NCBI GenBank assembly: GCA_017937705.1
Contig: JAGBDC010000023.1
Coordinates: forward strand, 2,944-66,943
Origin: Alphaproteobacteria bacterium
GTDB taxonomy: Bacteria; Pseudomonadota; Alphaproteobacteria; RF32; CAG-239
Reading direction: 5' to 3'
Length of the DNA stretch: 64,000 nt
How positions within the stretch are numbered: position 1 is the stretch's first letter; the number at the start of each line of letters is the position of its first letter. Below the pieces are notes generated by a model, which was not told the DNA's origin, ran no database searches, and saw nothing but the letters and a program-made list of their open reading frames with translations. This document shows, piece by piece, positions 39,135-48,419 of this stretch. The position numbers and the translations under genes were made by a program.

Positions 39135-39782
39135 ATGATTATAACAATTGACGGACCTGCCGCAGCAGGAAAAGGAACTTTAGCTTCTAAATTGGCTTTG
39201 AAATATAATTTGGCCTATTTTGATACCGGTATGGTGTATAGAGCTGTCGGACTGGAAATGATTTTAGCTAAAAATTCGCTTGATGATGTTGAAAAAGCTG
39301 AAAAATTAGCTCAGTCTTTAACTTTTCCTCGCATGATTGAATTGTCAAAAAATCCCGATTTTCGCTCTTTAGAAGGGAGTAAGGCGGCTTCTTCCGTAGC
39401 TGCAATGCCCGGAGTTCGTTCCGCTCTATTGTTAATGCAACAAAATTTTTCTCAAAATCCGGTCTTTGCAGACGGAAGCAAAGCTGATGGTGCTATTTAT
39501 GACGGGAGAGATACAGGAACAGTTATTTGCCCGCATGCCGATATTAAATTTTTTGTAACTGCATCTCCCGAAGTTAGAGCTATGCGCCGTTTCAAAGAAT
39601 ACGAATCGAAAGGACAAAAAGCAGATTATCAAGAAGTGTTAGAGCAAACAATAGAACGTGATGCTCGTGACTATGCTCGTGAAGGCAGTCAACCGGCTCA
39701 AGATGCCATTCATTTTGACACATCTGATATGTCTATTGAAGAAGTTTTTGAAAAAGCCTGCAAAATTATCGAAAACAGATAA
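39135..39782 (+). CDS. cmk: Cytidylate kinase
   Basis: IDGPAAAGKGT, DTGMVYR, DGRDTGTVI; upstream of rpsA. Confidence 0.93.
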   Translation: MIITIDGPAAAGKGTLASKLALKYNLAYFDTGMVYRAVGLEMILAKNSLDDVEKAEKLAQSLTFPRMIELSKNPDFRSLEGSKAASSVAAMPGVRSALLLMQQNFSQNPVFADGSKADGAIYDGRDTGTVICPHADIKFFVTASPEVRAMRRFKEYESKGQKADYQEVLEQTIERDARDYAREGSQPAQDAIHFDTSDMSIEEVFEKACKIIENR

Positions 39783-39920
39783 AAAAGTCTTGAAAAATAA
39801 ATATTTATATGTATAAAAGAGCTAGTCTGATAAATATGGTGCGTTATTATCGGATTTTTAACTACGCACAAGTCCACCCTATTTTATCTCGGGTTGGCAT
39901 TTTAGAATTGTTTTATTTAT

Positions 39921-41597
39921 ATGAATACAGAATTTCAAATCCCAGAAACTAATGAAGTATTTGCTGATTTGTTAAACGAACAAATGGGTGAAAAGAGCCT
40001 TGTAGGTTCTGTAGTTAAGGGTACAATCGTAAAAATTACTTCGGATTTCATTATGGTTGATGTCGGCCTCAAATCAGAAGGTCGCATCCCTGTTCGTGAA
40101 TTTGGTCAAAATCCGGAATTGAACCTCGGTGACGTTATCGAAGTTTATGTTGATCGTTATGAAGACAGAGATGGCAATATTGTATTATCTCGTGAAAAAG
40201 CTCGTCGTGAAGAAGCTTGGTTAGATCTCGAAAAAGCTATGAACGCCGGCGAACGCATTAACGGTGTTATCTTCGGTCGTGTTAAAGGTGGTTTCACTGT
40301 TGATTTGAACGGTGCTATTGCTTTCTTGCCGGGTTCTCAAATTGATATCCGCCCAATTCGTGATATTTCTCCGTTGATGGGTATTTCTCAACCGTTCCAA
40401 ATTTTGAAAATGGATAAGGTTAGAGGCAATATCGTTGTTTCTCGTCGTGTTGTTCTCGAAGAAACACGTGCTGAATCAAGAGCTGAATTAATCGACGCTA
40501 TCAAAGAAGGTTCTATCCTTGACGGTGTTGTTAAAAACATTACCGATTATGGTGCATTCATTGACTTGGGTGGTGTTGACGGCTTGTTGCACGTTACAGA
40601 CATTTCTTGGAAGAGAATTAATCACCCAGCTGAAGTTTTGACTGTTGGTCAAACAATCAAAGTTCAAGTTATCAAATTCAATGAAGATAACCAACGCATC
40701 AGCTTGGGTATGAAACAACTCGAAAATGATCCATGGCAAAATGTTGCTGAAAGATTTCATGTTGACGATGTATGCAAAGGTAAAGTTACAAACATTACTG
40801 ATTATGGTGCATTCGTTGAACTCGAAGATGGTATCGAAGGTTTAGTTCACGTTTCAGAAATGAGCTGGACTCGTAAAAATGTTCACCCGGGTAAAATCGT
40901 TTCTACATCTCAAGAAGTTGAAGTTAAAGTTCTTGAAGTTGATGAAGAAAAGAGAAGAATTAGTCTCGGCATCAAACAATGCACAGCTAATCCTTGGGCT
41001 GCTTATGTTGAAGAACATCCGGTCGGCACTGTTATCGAAGGTAAAATCAAGAACATTACCGAATTTGGTTTGTTCATTGGTTTGAACGACGAAATCGACG
41101 GTATGATTCACTTGTCTGACATCTCTTGGGATGTTGCCGGTGAAGAAGCTGTTAAAGAATATACAAAAGGCCAAGAAATCCAAGCTAAAATTATTGACGT
41201 TGATGTTGAAAAAGAACGCATCAGCCTCGGTATTAAACAGCTTACAGAAAATGCTAATGCTACAGCTTTAGATGGCTTCAAAAAAGGTGACAATGTAAAA
41301 GCTACTGTTACCGAAGTTGCTGAAGACGGCATTGTTGTTGAAGTAAACGGTGTTTCTGCTAACATCAAAAAAGCTGACTTGTCTAAAGACAAAGCCGGTC
41401 AAGATTTGAGCAACTTCAAAGAAGGTGATGTTGTAGAAGCCAAAGTTACTTCTGTAGAAAAGAAAAAAGGTAAACTTGGCTTGTCTATCAAAGCTCTCGA
41501 AATTGAAGAAGAAAAGAAAGCATTAGAAGAATATTCTAATACAACTTCAGGTTCTTCTTTAGGAGATGCTTTGGGTGAAGCTTTGAAGAAAAAATAA
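39921..41597 (+). CDS. rpsA: 30S ribosomal protein S1
   Basis: Six S1 domains (DVGLKSEG, AFLPGSQ, ITDYGAF, GLLHVTDISW). Confidence 0.97.
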   Translation: MNTEFQIPETNEVFADLLNEQMGEKSLVGSVVKGTIVKITSDFIMVDVGLKSEGRIPVREFGQNPELNLGDVIEVYVDRYEDRDGNIVLSREKARREEAWLDLEKAMNAGERINGVIFGRVKGGFTVDLNGAIAFLPGSQIDIRPIRDISPLMGISQPFQILKMDKVRGNIVVSRRVVLEETRAESRAELIDAIKEGSILDGVVKNITDYGAFIDLGGVDGLLHVTDISWKRINHPAEVLTVGQTIKVQVIKFNEDNQRISLGMKQLENDPWQNVAERFHVDDVCKGKVTNITDYGAFVELEDGIEGLVHVSEMSWTRKNVHPGKIVSTSQEVEVKVLEVDEEKRRISLGIKQCTANPWAAYVEEHPVGTVIEGKIKNITEFGLFIGLNDEIDGMIHLSDISWDVAGEEAVKEYTKGQEIQAKIIDVDVEKERISLGIKQLTENANATALDGFKKGDNVKATVTEVAEDGIVVEVNGVSANIKKADLSKDKAGQDLSNFKEGDVVEAKVTSVEKKKGKLGLSIKALEIEEEKKALEEYSNTTSGSSLGDALGEALKKK

Positions 41598-41617
41598 TCT
41601 TATTTGATTGTTTTCAA

Positions 41618-41650
41618 CAAAACCCGCTTTGAAAACAAAGCGGGTTTTTT
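41618..41650. terminator. Bidirectional terminator
   Basis: aaaacccgctttg-aaaa-caaagcgggtttttt. Confidence 0.85.
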
Positions 41651-41672
41651 GATATAATATTAAAAATAAAAC

Positions 41673-42818
41673 TTATAATGGTTCGGGAATGATTTTGCTT
41701 CCGTAGGGAGGTTCTGTTTCCATACCTTGCTTCAGATAAGTTTTTTCTACAAAGCCCATTTCCCCGTTATCAATCATAATACGATACCAACTTTTATCCG
41801 GCGTAAAACCGGTTACTCTGACCGTCTGACCTTTTCTACCTTTTTTCAATACATCAAATTTTTTACCCGGTCCGTACATAATATCTGTATTATCAGTCAA
41901 ATGATATAATTTACTATTGTCATTGACATCAATAGGAATCTGATAAATTTTAGAAACAACAACATCATCAACAAATTCGGCTCCGCTATCATATTTGACC
42001 TTCTGAAAATATGTGATTTTGTTTTCTTTTTTCATATATCGAAGCATATTATAATGCTGTACAAACGGATAGGATATTGCCAAGAGGAGCAAAAAAGGAA
42101 TTATATATTGATATAAACGTAATGCCCCAAGTCTCCATTGTGGAATTTTTTTGTTATAAACAGGAACATTTATTTCTTTTAAAAATCTTTTTATAAGTTC
42201 TTGCTGATGTTCATCAGCATAATTCAGTGCCTGTATGGCAGATAACATAGCTTGATTGTCCTTATTTTCTTGATGATATGCAATTGCATTATGAACTAAA
42301 AGGACCAAGTTATCATAGTTATTATTACCAATATTCTTTATATTCCCGATTATTGCTTTGATATTACGCATGAAAGCTTTCGGATGCCACCAACCTAAAA
42401 ACCAATTGGAAAGAGAATAGCGTAAAACTTCTTGCTTAGCTTGGTCATAAGTACATACAAGTTTATCTTCTTCTGCTGTGTATTTTATGATTTTGCCGAC
42501 AATTTTTTGTAGATTTACAACTCGCACTAAAGGATTTTCATTATTAAATTTATCTTTAAGTATGCTCAAATTATTCATATCAGGAAAATTAGATGAGCCA
42601 TAAATTTCGCTCAACAAATCGTAAATCAGACGAGTTTTTTCATTTTTTAATACATCATAAGCCACCGATAATTTTTGAAAATGTTCCATTGCATTTTCAC
42701 TTTTATTCGAATCAGGGTGCCAATGTTTAGCTAAATCACGATATTTAATTTTGATAGTTTGTGCATCTGCCAAACCATCAACTTCCAATATGTTATAGTA
42801 ACCTAGAGAATCTTTCAT
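41673..42818 (-). CDS. Membrane J-domain protein with C-terminal SH3b-like domain
   Basis: HPD J domain, TM helix, GPGKKFDVL...V.VTG...WYRI...GFV. Confidence 0.8.
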   Translation of the reverse strand: MKDSLGYYNILEVDGLADAQTIKIKYRDLAKHWHPDSNKSENAMEHFQKLSVAYDVLKNEKTRLIYDLLSEIYGSSNFPDMNNLSILKDKFNNENPLVRVVNLQKIVGKIIKYTAEEDKLVCTYDQAKQEVLRYSLSNWFLGWWHPKAFMRNIKAIIGNIKNIGNNNYDNLVLLVHNAIAYHQENKDNQAMLSAIQALNYADEHQQELIKRFLKEINVPVYNKKIPQWRLGALRLYQYIIPFLLLLAISYPFVQHYNMLRYMKKENKITYFQKVKYDSGAEFVDDVVVSKIYQIPIDVNDNSKLYHLTDNTDIMYGPGKKFDVLKKGRKGQTVRVTGFTPDKSWYRIMIDNGEMGFVEKTYLKQGMETEPPYGSKIIPEPL

Positions 42819-43615
42819 TTTTCCATCAACTTTCGAGCAATGTTTATTACGTCAGCGGCCGCTTCCGAAGTCGGATAACGAGATATTAAGGGCATTTGAT
42901 TTCTAATTGCATCTCTGATACGGGCATCGCGTCTGATAACGCCCAGTAATGGAGGTGCAATTTTCAAAAAAGTTTGACAAGCCTTGCATAATATATCGTA
43001 TGTACGACGTCCTTCTTGCAAATTATCCGCCTGATTCACTACCACCGAAACTTTACATTTCGGATATTGTAAAGACATAATCTTTATGAGAGCATAAGCA
43101 TCGGTTAGTGAAGTCGGCTCATCGGTACACATAACAATAATATGTCCGGCCATTCCCGACAAGATACGTACCGATTTATCTATACCGGCTCCCATATCGA
43201 GTATAACTTTATCATAACTTGAGGAGAGAAGAGACAAATCTTCTGCCAGAATCTGCAACCTGCCTACAGGCATTGTTGCAAGCCCAGAAGAACCAGAGCG
43301 CCCCGCAATTATATCTATGCGAGCCTTATCATAATGATGAACTATTTGGTTTAGTGTTGTTGTCCCTGTAACCACACAGCCTAAATCATGTGAAGTCATC
43401 AAACCTAATTGTATGTCTATGTTGGCCAGTCCTAAATCACCGTCAAACAATAATGTTTTTTCCTTTAATCCGCTTAAGGCATGGGCTAATGTTATGGAAA
43501 ACCATGTTTTGCCAACACCACCTTTACCCGAAGCTATTGCCAACATATTATTATGAGAAGGGAATATATTTCCTATTTCACTACGTGGTGCTATTCGTAA
43601 CTCTTCACTCATCAA
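42815..43615 (-). CDS. flhG: FlhG/FleN (MinD-like ATPase)
   Basis: ASGKGGVGKT, DGDLGLANIDIQLG, DEPTSLTDAYALIK; directly downstream of flhF. Confidence 0.85.
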   Translation of the reverse strand: MMSEELRIAPRSEIGNIFPSHNNMLAIASGKGGVGKTWFSITLAHALSGLKEKTLLFDGDLGLANIDIQLGLMTSHDLGCVVTGTTTLNQIVHHYDKARIDIIAGRSGSSGLATMPVGRLQILAEDLSLLSSSYDKVILDMGAGIDKSVRILSGMAGHIIVMCTDEPTSLTDAYALIKIMSLQYPKCKVSVVVNQADNLQEGRRTYDILCKACQTFLKIAPPLLGVIRRDARIRDAIRNQMPLISRYPTSEAAADVINIARKLMEK

Positions 43616-43619
43616 TCAA

Positions 43620-44567
43620 TTACTCCGTAATAATTCTAGTTAATGAAGAGCTGCTTATTTTAGCCAAACCATTGGCTATTTTAGAACTTATTCCGGCATA
43701 TTCTATTTGCAAACCACAAATAATTGCCGTTGAGAGCATTGCTCCAATACGACGATTAACGTCAAATTTGAGAGGCAACAACCAATTAGCACCTAAATCT
43801 TTAAAAATATCTGTTACATCAACTGCATTATTTGCGTTCATACCACTGTCTATAGTGAGAATTTTATCACAATTAACAGCTCCGCAAAAAGATTGTAAAT
43901 GTTTTACATCATCAGAATAAAAAGGATTAATTCCGGGAGTATCTATTAAAATCATTTTATTTTCTGATTGTGCAGATAGTATTTTATCAAACATTTTTTC
44001 CGGTTGTTTAATAAACTCAAAATCAAAATTTAGTATATCGGCAAAAGCTTTTAATTGATTATTAGTTCCGGCTCTCACATTATCCACACTGATAATCGAA
44101 ACCGGAATATTGCGAATTTTTGCTAAAGTTGCTAATTTTGCCACTGCTGTTGTTTTTCCACTTCCGTGCATTCCTATAAACATCTTTATATTGCTTGAAC
44201 CGGTAAAAAAATTACCATAGTTTAGAAGACGATTAAATGCCTCGGTTAAAATATCTTTATCTTGTATTATTCTTCTTTCGGAAGCAATGCTTCGACAGGT
44301 GGAAAGAATCGCGGCTTCAGATGTTGACGTAAGTTCATGATAAGCAAGACATTCTCTTATATATGAATCATTATATGTTGAAGAGCTTTCGTATATTTTT
44401 TCCTCTTCATCATATAATATATCCTGAGTATCAAGAGCAGCTATCAACTCCATTCTCCCATCGCTCAAAACAGAAGTCGATATAATAACCGCATCTTCTC
44501 CCAACTCTCTTTTAACTTGGGATAAAATTGATGACATATCTGTTGAAACAAATTTTTTTATTTTCAT
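43620..44567 (-). CDS. flhF: FlhF (SRP-family GTPase), divergent
   Basis: MKIKKF...VKRELGEDAVIIS N-terminus; GxxGSGKTT, DNVR, DTPG, LKFD. Confidence 0.8.
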   Translation of the reverse strand: MKIKKFVSTDMSSILSQVKRELGEDAVIISTSVLSDGRMELIAALDTQDILYDEEEKIYESSSTYNDSYIRECLAYHELTSTSEAAILSTCRSIASERRIIQDKDILTEAFNRLLNYGNFFTGSSNIKMFIGMHGSGKTTAVAKLATLAKIRNIPVSIISVDNVRAGTNNQLKAFADILNFDFEFIKQPEKMFDKILSAQSENKMILIDTPGINPFYSDDVKHLQSFCGAVNCDKILTIDSGMNANNAVDVTDIFKDLGANWLLPLKFDVNRRIGAMLSTAIICGLQIEYAGISSKIANGLAKISSSSLTRIITE

Positions 44568-44812
44568 AAATCGCCACCATCAACTAAAATTTCGGTAAGA
44601 CTTATGCCCAATTCTTTTCCGGCCAGAATGAGTTTTCCTCTAGCAGCCAGCATATCGTTTACATAAATGTCAACGGTTTCTCCAACTTTTTTATCCAACT
44701 CAATAATCGAACCTTCTTTTATATCAACGAGCTGAGCTAAAGTTAACTCTGTTTTTCCGATAACAGCAGATACTTTAACACAAACATTTGCAACAGCGCC
44801 TAAATTATTCAT
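44564..44812 (-). CDS. fliN: FliN (SpoA domain)
   Basis: VSAVIGKT...GSIIELDKKVGETVDIYVNDMLAARGKL. Confidence 0.8.
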   Translation of the reverse strand: MNNLGAVANVCVKVSAVIGKTELTLAQLVDIKEGSIIELDKKVGETVDIYVNDMLAARGKLILAGKELGISLTEILVDGGDL

Positions 44813-45308
44813 TTTCTAAAACTCCGTTCAACTGCTCTCGTATTCTATCCAATATTTGTTCTGTTGAAAAGACCTCTTCGTCATTTCCCCAAATAATTTT
44901 ACATTCTGCAAACGACAAACTACTATCTTTGTGTAAATGAACATGTCCGGAAAATGAATTTTGAATAGCTAAATTTTCCAAGTTATCTTTTACTGAAGAT
45001 ATCGCATTTTCAGGAAGATAAATATCAAGTCTTTTTTGCTTAGCTAAATCTGGAAAGCGACGAGTTATAAATTCATTTATTATTTCATTACTACAATTTC
45101 GTGCCAGAGCCGGAGCTATTTCTGTCAACACCATTTTTATAAGTTTGATATTTTGTTCATTCCTATCTTCTAACAAAATCTGCAATTTTGCATTTATGTC
45201 TTTTAATAGAAGATTATCATTTTGATTTTTATTCAAAGATAAATCAAATACGGGCGTCTTGTCCCCTTCTACAAAATTATCAAATTGAAAAGGCACAAAA
45301 TCTTGCAT
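44805..45308 (-). CDS. FliH-like protein, reduced
   Basis: Position between fliG and fliN; C-terminal DSSL...CKIIWG resembles FliH/SctL. Confidence 0.5.
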   Translation of the reverse strand: MQDFVPFQFDNFVEGDKTPVFDLSLNKNQNDNLLLKDINAKLQILLEDRNEQNIKLIKMVLTEIAPALARNCSNEIINEFITRRFPDLAKQKRLDIYLPENAISSVKDNLENLAIQNSFSGHVHLHKDSSLSFAECKIIWGNDEEVFSTEQILDRIREQLNGVLENE

Positions 45309-46382
45309 TTACCTTCCTCGCAAGGTATCGGCATACGTTCTTTTACAAATATTGACTATCTCTTGTTGAGCCTTTTCTATATCTTTAAGTTTTATCGGCC
45401 CCAAACGAATTAGTGCTTCACGAATTATTTCGGCCTGTCGAGACGGCATTGCGTTATAAAAATGTGCCCTCGCCTGTTCAGAAGCCCCTCTTAATGCAAT
45501 TACAAGAGATGCCTCATTAATTTTTGAAATTAAATTTTGCATATCATTTTGAGACAACAACAACACATCTTCAAAAGTTATAAAATCCTTTTTTATGCTA
45601 TTTGCTGTTTCTTCATCATTTATTTCCAATGCTGATAATATGCGACTTTCCGTATTATCGTCAAAATATCCGAATATTTTTGAAATATGCGGAAGAATAT
45701 CCTTTTCATCTTCTATGTTATCAGCTATGGTTTTGCCAATTACTCCCACCAAATCCGTGTCGGCAGGATGTGAATTTAGCATTTTACTGATAACTTCGGC
45801 GGCAAAAGAATCATTAAACAAAGACAGAACAGCAGCACATTGTTTAGGTTCCAGCATAGACATAACAATCGCAACCACCTGCGGACATTCATTTTTTAGG
45901 TATCTTGCCAAAACTCCGGCATTTAACGAATTTAATTTTCTCCAACTTGATGCTTCCGGATTTCGATGACATGAGCGTAAAACAGAGGCAACTTCGGCTT
46001 CATCAACAAACCGACTTGCAACATTTTCTTTCGGCAATACAGGAAAATCATCCATCTTTATTATCGGCTGTTTTTCAATATTATTTTGTTTGTTTTGTCG
46101 TTTTACAAAAATCAACTTTATTAAAAATAGCAATGCAAGAAAAACAACCATTAAAAGAACAAAAATCTCAACTATTTCCGAAAAACCGGAGCCAACATAA
46201 GACTTGAATTCATCAAATAGCACATACCCCTTGGTTGAACGTAAAAAATCTTTTACTAAAAAATAACAACTACCGCTTCCGCTCAAAAGAGCAAGGCAAA
46301 AAGCAAAACCGCAAGCAAATGTTGCGATAGCACACACAAATGCCGTTATAATCGTTGTTTTATCTAATCTGCTGTTACTCAC
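45309..46382 (-). CDS. fliG: Two-TM anchor fused to FliG middle and C-terminal domains
   Basis: LARYLKNECPQVVAIV (EHPQ motif), FITFEDV, ALRGAS, LGPIKLKDIEKAQQEIV; FliG N domain replaced by two hydrophobic helices. Confidence 0.75.
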   Translation of the reverse strand: MSNSRLDKTTIITAFVCAIATFACGFAFCLALLSGSGSCYFLVKDFLRSTKGYVLFDEFKSYVGSGFSEIVEIFVLLMVVFLALLFLIKLIFVKRQNKQNNIEKQPIIKMDDFPVLPKENVASRFVDEAEVASVLRSCHRNPEASSWRKLNSLNAGVLARYLKNECPQVVAIVMSMLEPKQCAAVLSLFNDSFAAEVISKMLNSHPADTDLVGVIGKTIADNIEDEKDILPHISKIFGYFDDNTESRILSALEINDEETANSIKKDFITFEDVLLLSQNDMQNLISKINEASLVIALRGASEQARAHFYNAMPSRQAEIIREALIRLGPIKLKDIEKAQQEIVNICKRTYADTLRGR

Positions 46383-46442
46383 TCTTTTTCCTTTTTTAAC
46401 TTTTTATTAAGATTATCTTATTTCATAAGTTATTAGAACAGT

Positions 46443-47192
46443 TTATTGCCAGATATTCACAATATTTATAACCGAATCTCTAATTTCGGAAGCTGTTTTT
46501 TCATCGTTCAAACGATGGTTGGCATCTTTTAACAATTTAATCACTATTTTTTCAGATGTAATATATTGAGCATACTTCAACACTTCTTGCCATGGAACGC
46601 TTGCATCTTTCATCCCTTGAATGAGATGAACGGGGCAGTCTATTTTCCATAAATTTTCACCTTCAGGCAAACAAGATGCTTTTGCCGTTTCAATAAATTT
46701 TGCAGTTATTGTATAAGTAAAATCATTATTAGTAATTTTAAAGTATCCGTTTTTATCTAATTCTGATTTTTGTTCGTCGGTGATTATTTTTTCAAATCGT
46801 CTGACAAAATTCGGAGCAGCGGCTAACCCTAACACCCCTTTGATTCGTTCAGGATATTTTATGGCGGTCAATAACGAGAGCCATCCGCCCATAGAAGCTC
46901 CGACCATAACAAAATCAGTTTTCACTACATTCTCAATCACCTCAAAAACCTGATTTTTCCACACTTCAAAATCAGCTTTGGCAAAATTTTCATAATCACT
47001 TCCGTGTCCGGCATAATCGAAACGAACAAAGCCTAAACCAAGCTCTTCACATACATTTTTTACTACCTCAGGCTTATGCCCCCATGCATCGGAACAAAAG
47101 CCATGCAGATAAACTATGGTTAAGTTGTTATTTTTAGGCTCGATATATTCAAAATCTGTTGCAAAGTGAGAATTAAAAGTGTATTTTGTCAT
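46443..47192 (-). CDS. Alpha/beta hydrolase
   Basis: LHGF, RFDYAGHG, GASMGG, D...HRL. Confidence 0.88.
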   Translation of the reverse strand: MTKYTFNSHFATDFEYIEPKNNNLTIVYLHGFCSDAWGHKPEVVKNVCEELGLGFVRFDYAGHGSDYENFAKADFEVWKNQVFEVIENVVKTDFVMVGASMGGWLSLLTAIKYPERIKGVLGLAAAPNFVRRFEKIITDEQKSELDKNGYFKITNNDFTYTITAKFIETAKASCLPEGENLWKIDCPVHLIQGMKDASVPWQEVLKYAQYITSEKIVIKLLKDANHRLNDEKTASEIRDSVINIVNIWQ

Positions 47193-47246
47193 ATTGTTAC
47201 TCTGAAAAGTTAAATTAAACTAACATTAAGGGATTATAGAAATAAA

Positions 47247-48401
47247 ATGGTTAAAGGTAAAGAAGAAAAACCTATAGTATTACAAGTTTTACCCGAATTA
47301 CAACATGGTGGAGTTGAATGGGGAACAATACAAGTCGCCGAAGCTTTACAGCAAAACGGATATACAAATTTTGTTGCTTCTGCCGGAGGAAGGCTTGAGT
47401 ATGAACTTGATAAAATGAAAGTTAAGCATTTTAAATTACCGCTTAAAACAAAGAATCCGATAAAGCTTTATCTGAATTCCCTTAAATTGGAAAAAATCAT
47501 AAAAGAAAACGGCATTAATATTGTTCATGCTCGCTCTCGTGCTCCCGCATGGAGTGCATATTGGGCCGCCAGACGAGCCGGTGTAAAATATATGACCACT
47601 TTTCACGGAACTTACGGACTTGGTCCGAAAGGAATTAAGAAAGTTTATAATAAAGTTATGACTTTCGGTCAGCTGATAATTGCAATATCTACGCATATTA
47701 AAAATCACATGTTGCAAAATTATAATGTTGCCGAATCGAAAATGCGTTTAATTCATCGATGTGTTGATGTGGAAAAATTTTCCCCTAAATCCGTAACTCA
47801 AGAAAGAATTATACGAACAATAAAAGAAAATAATCTTCCTGAAGACAGACCTATAATTTCATTGGTAGGAAGAATTACTCGTTGGAAAGGACAGCATATA
47901 TTGGTCGAAGCAATGTCTATGCTCAAGAATAAAGATGCTTATGCTTTGATTGTGGGGTCTGACCAAGGACGTGTAAAGTATACGGAAGAACTGAAAGAAA
48001 CAGCTAAAAAGCTCGGTGTGGAAAATCGTATTAAATTTATCGGAGAGAGTTTTGATATTCCGGCTCTTTTAATGGTGTCGGATGTGGTTCTTTCAACTGC
48101 TATTGAACCGGAAGCATTCGGCAGAGCAGCTATTGAAGGACAGGCTATGGGCAAAATCGTTCTTGCTTCCAACATCGGCGGTTCTCTTGAGAATCTTGTT
48201 GATGGTGTAAGCGGACGTTTGTTCAAAAGCAATGATGCAAAATCTTTAGCAGAAGCTATGGATTGGGCTTTGAGTTTGCCGGATGAAGAGAAGAAAAAAT
48301 TCTCTGAAGCGGCAATAAAAAACGTACACGACAACTTTACCAAACAAATTATGTGTGATAAAACGATTGCCGTGTATCATGAATTGTTGAAAATGAATTA
48401 A
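47247..48401 (+). CDS. Glycosyltransferase family 4
   Basis: GGVE, HARSRAPAW, GRITRWKGQ, EAFGRAAIEG. Confidence 0.9.
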   Translation: MVKGKEEKPIVLQVLPELQHGGVEWGTIQVAEALQQNGYTNFVASAGGRLEYELDKMKVKHFKLPLKTKNPIKLYLNSLKLEKIIKENGINIVHARSRAPAWSAYWAARRAGVKYMTTFHGTYGLGPKGIKKVYNKVMTFGQLIIAISTHIKNHMLQNYNVAESKMRLIHRCVDVEKFSPKSVTQERIIRTIKENNLPEDRPIISLVGRITRWKGQHILVEAMSMLKNKDAYALIVGSDQGRVKYTEELKETAKKLGVENRIKFIGESFDIPALLMVSDVVLSTAIEPEAFGRAAIEGQAMGKIVLASNIGGSLENLVDGVSGRLFKSNDAKSLAEAMDWALSLPDEEKKKFSEAAIKNVHDNFTKQIMCDKTIAVYHELLKMN

Positions 48402-48419
48402 GTTAAAAGGAATAAAAAT

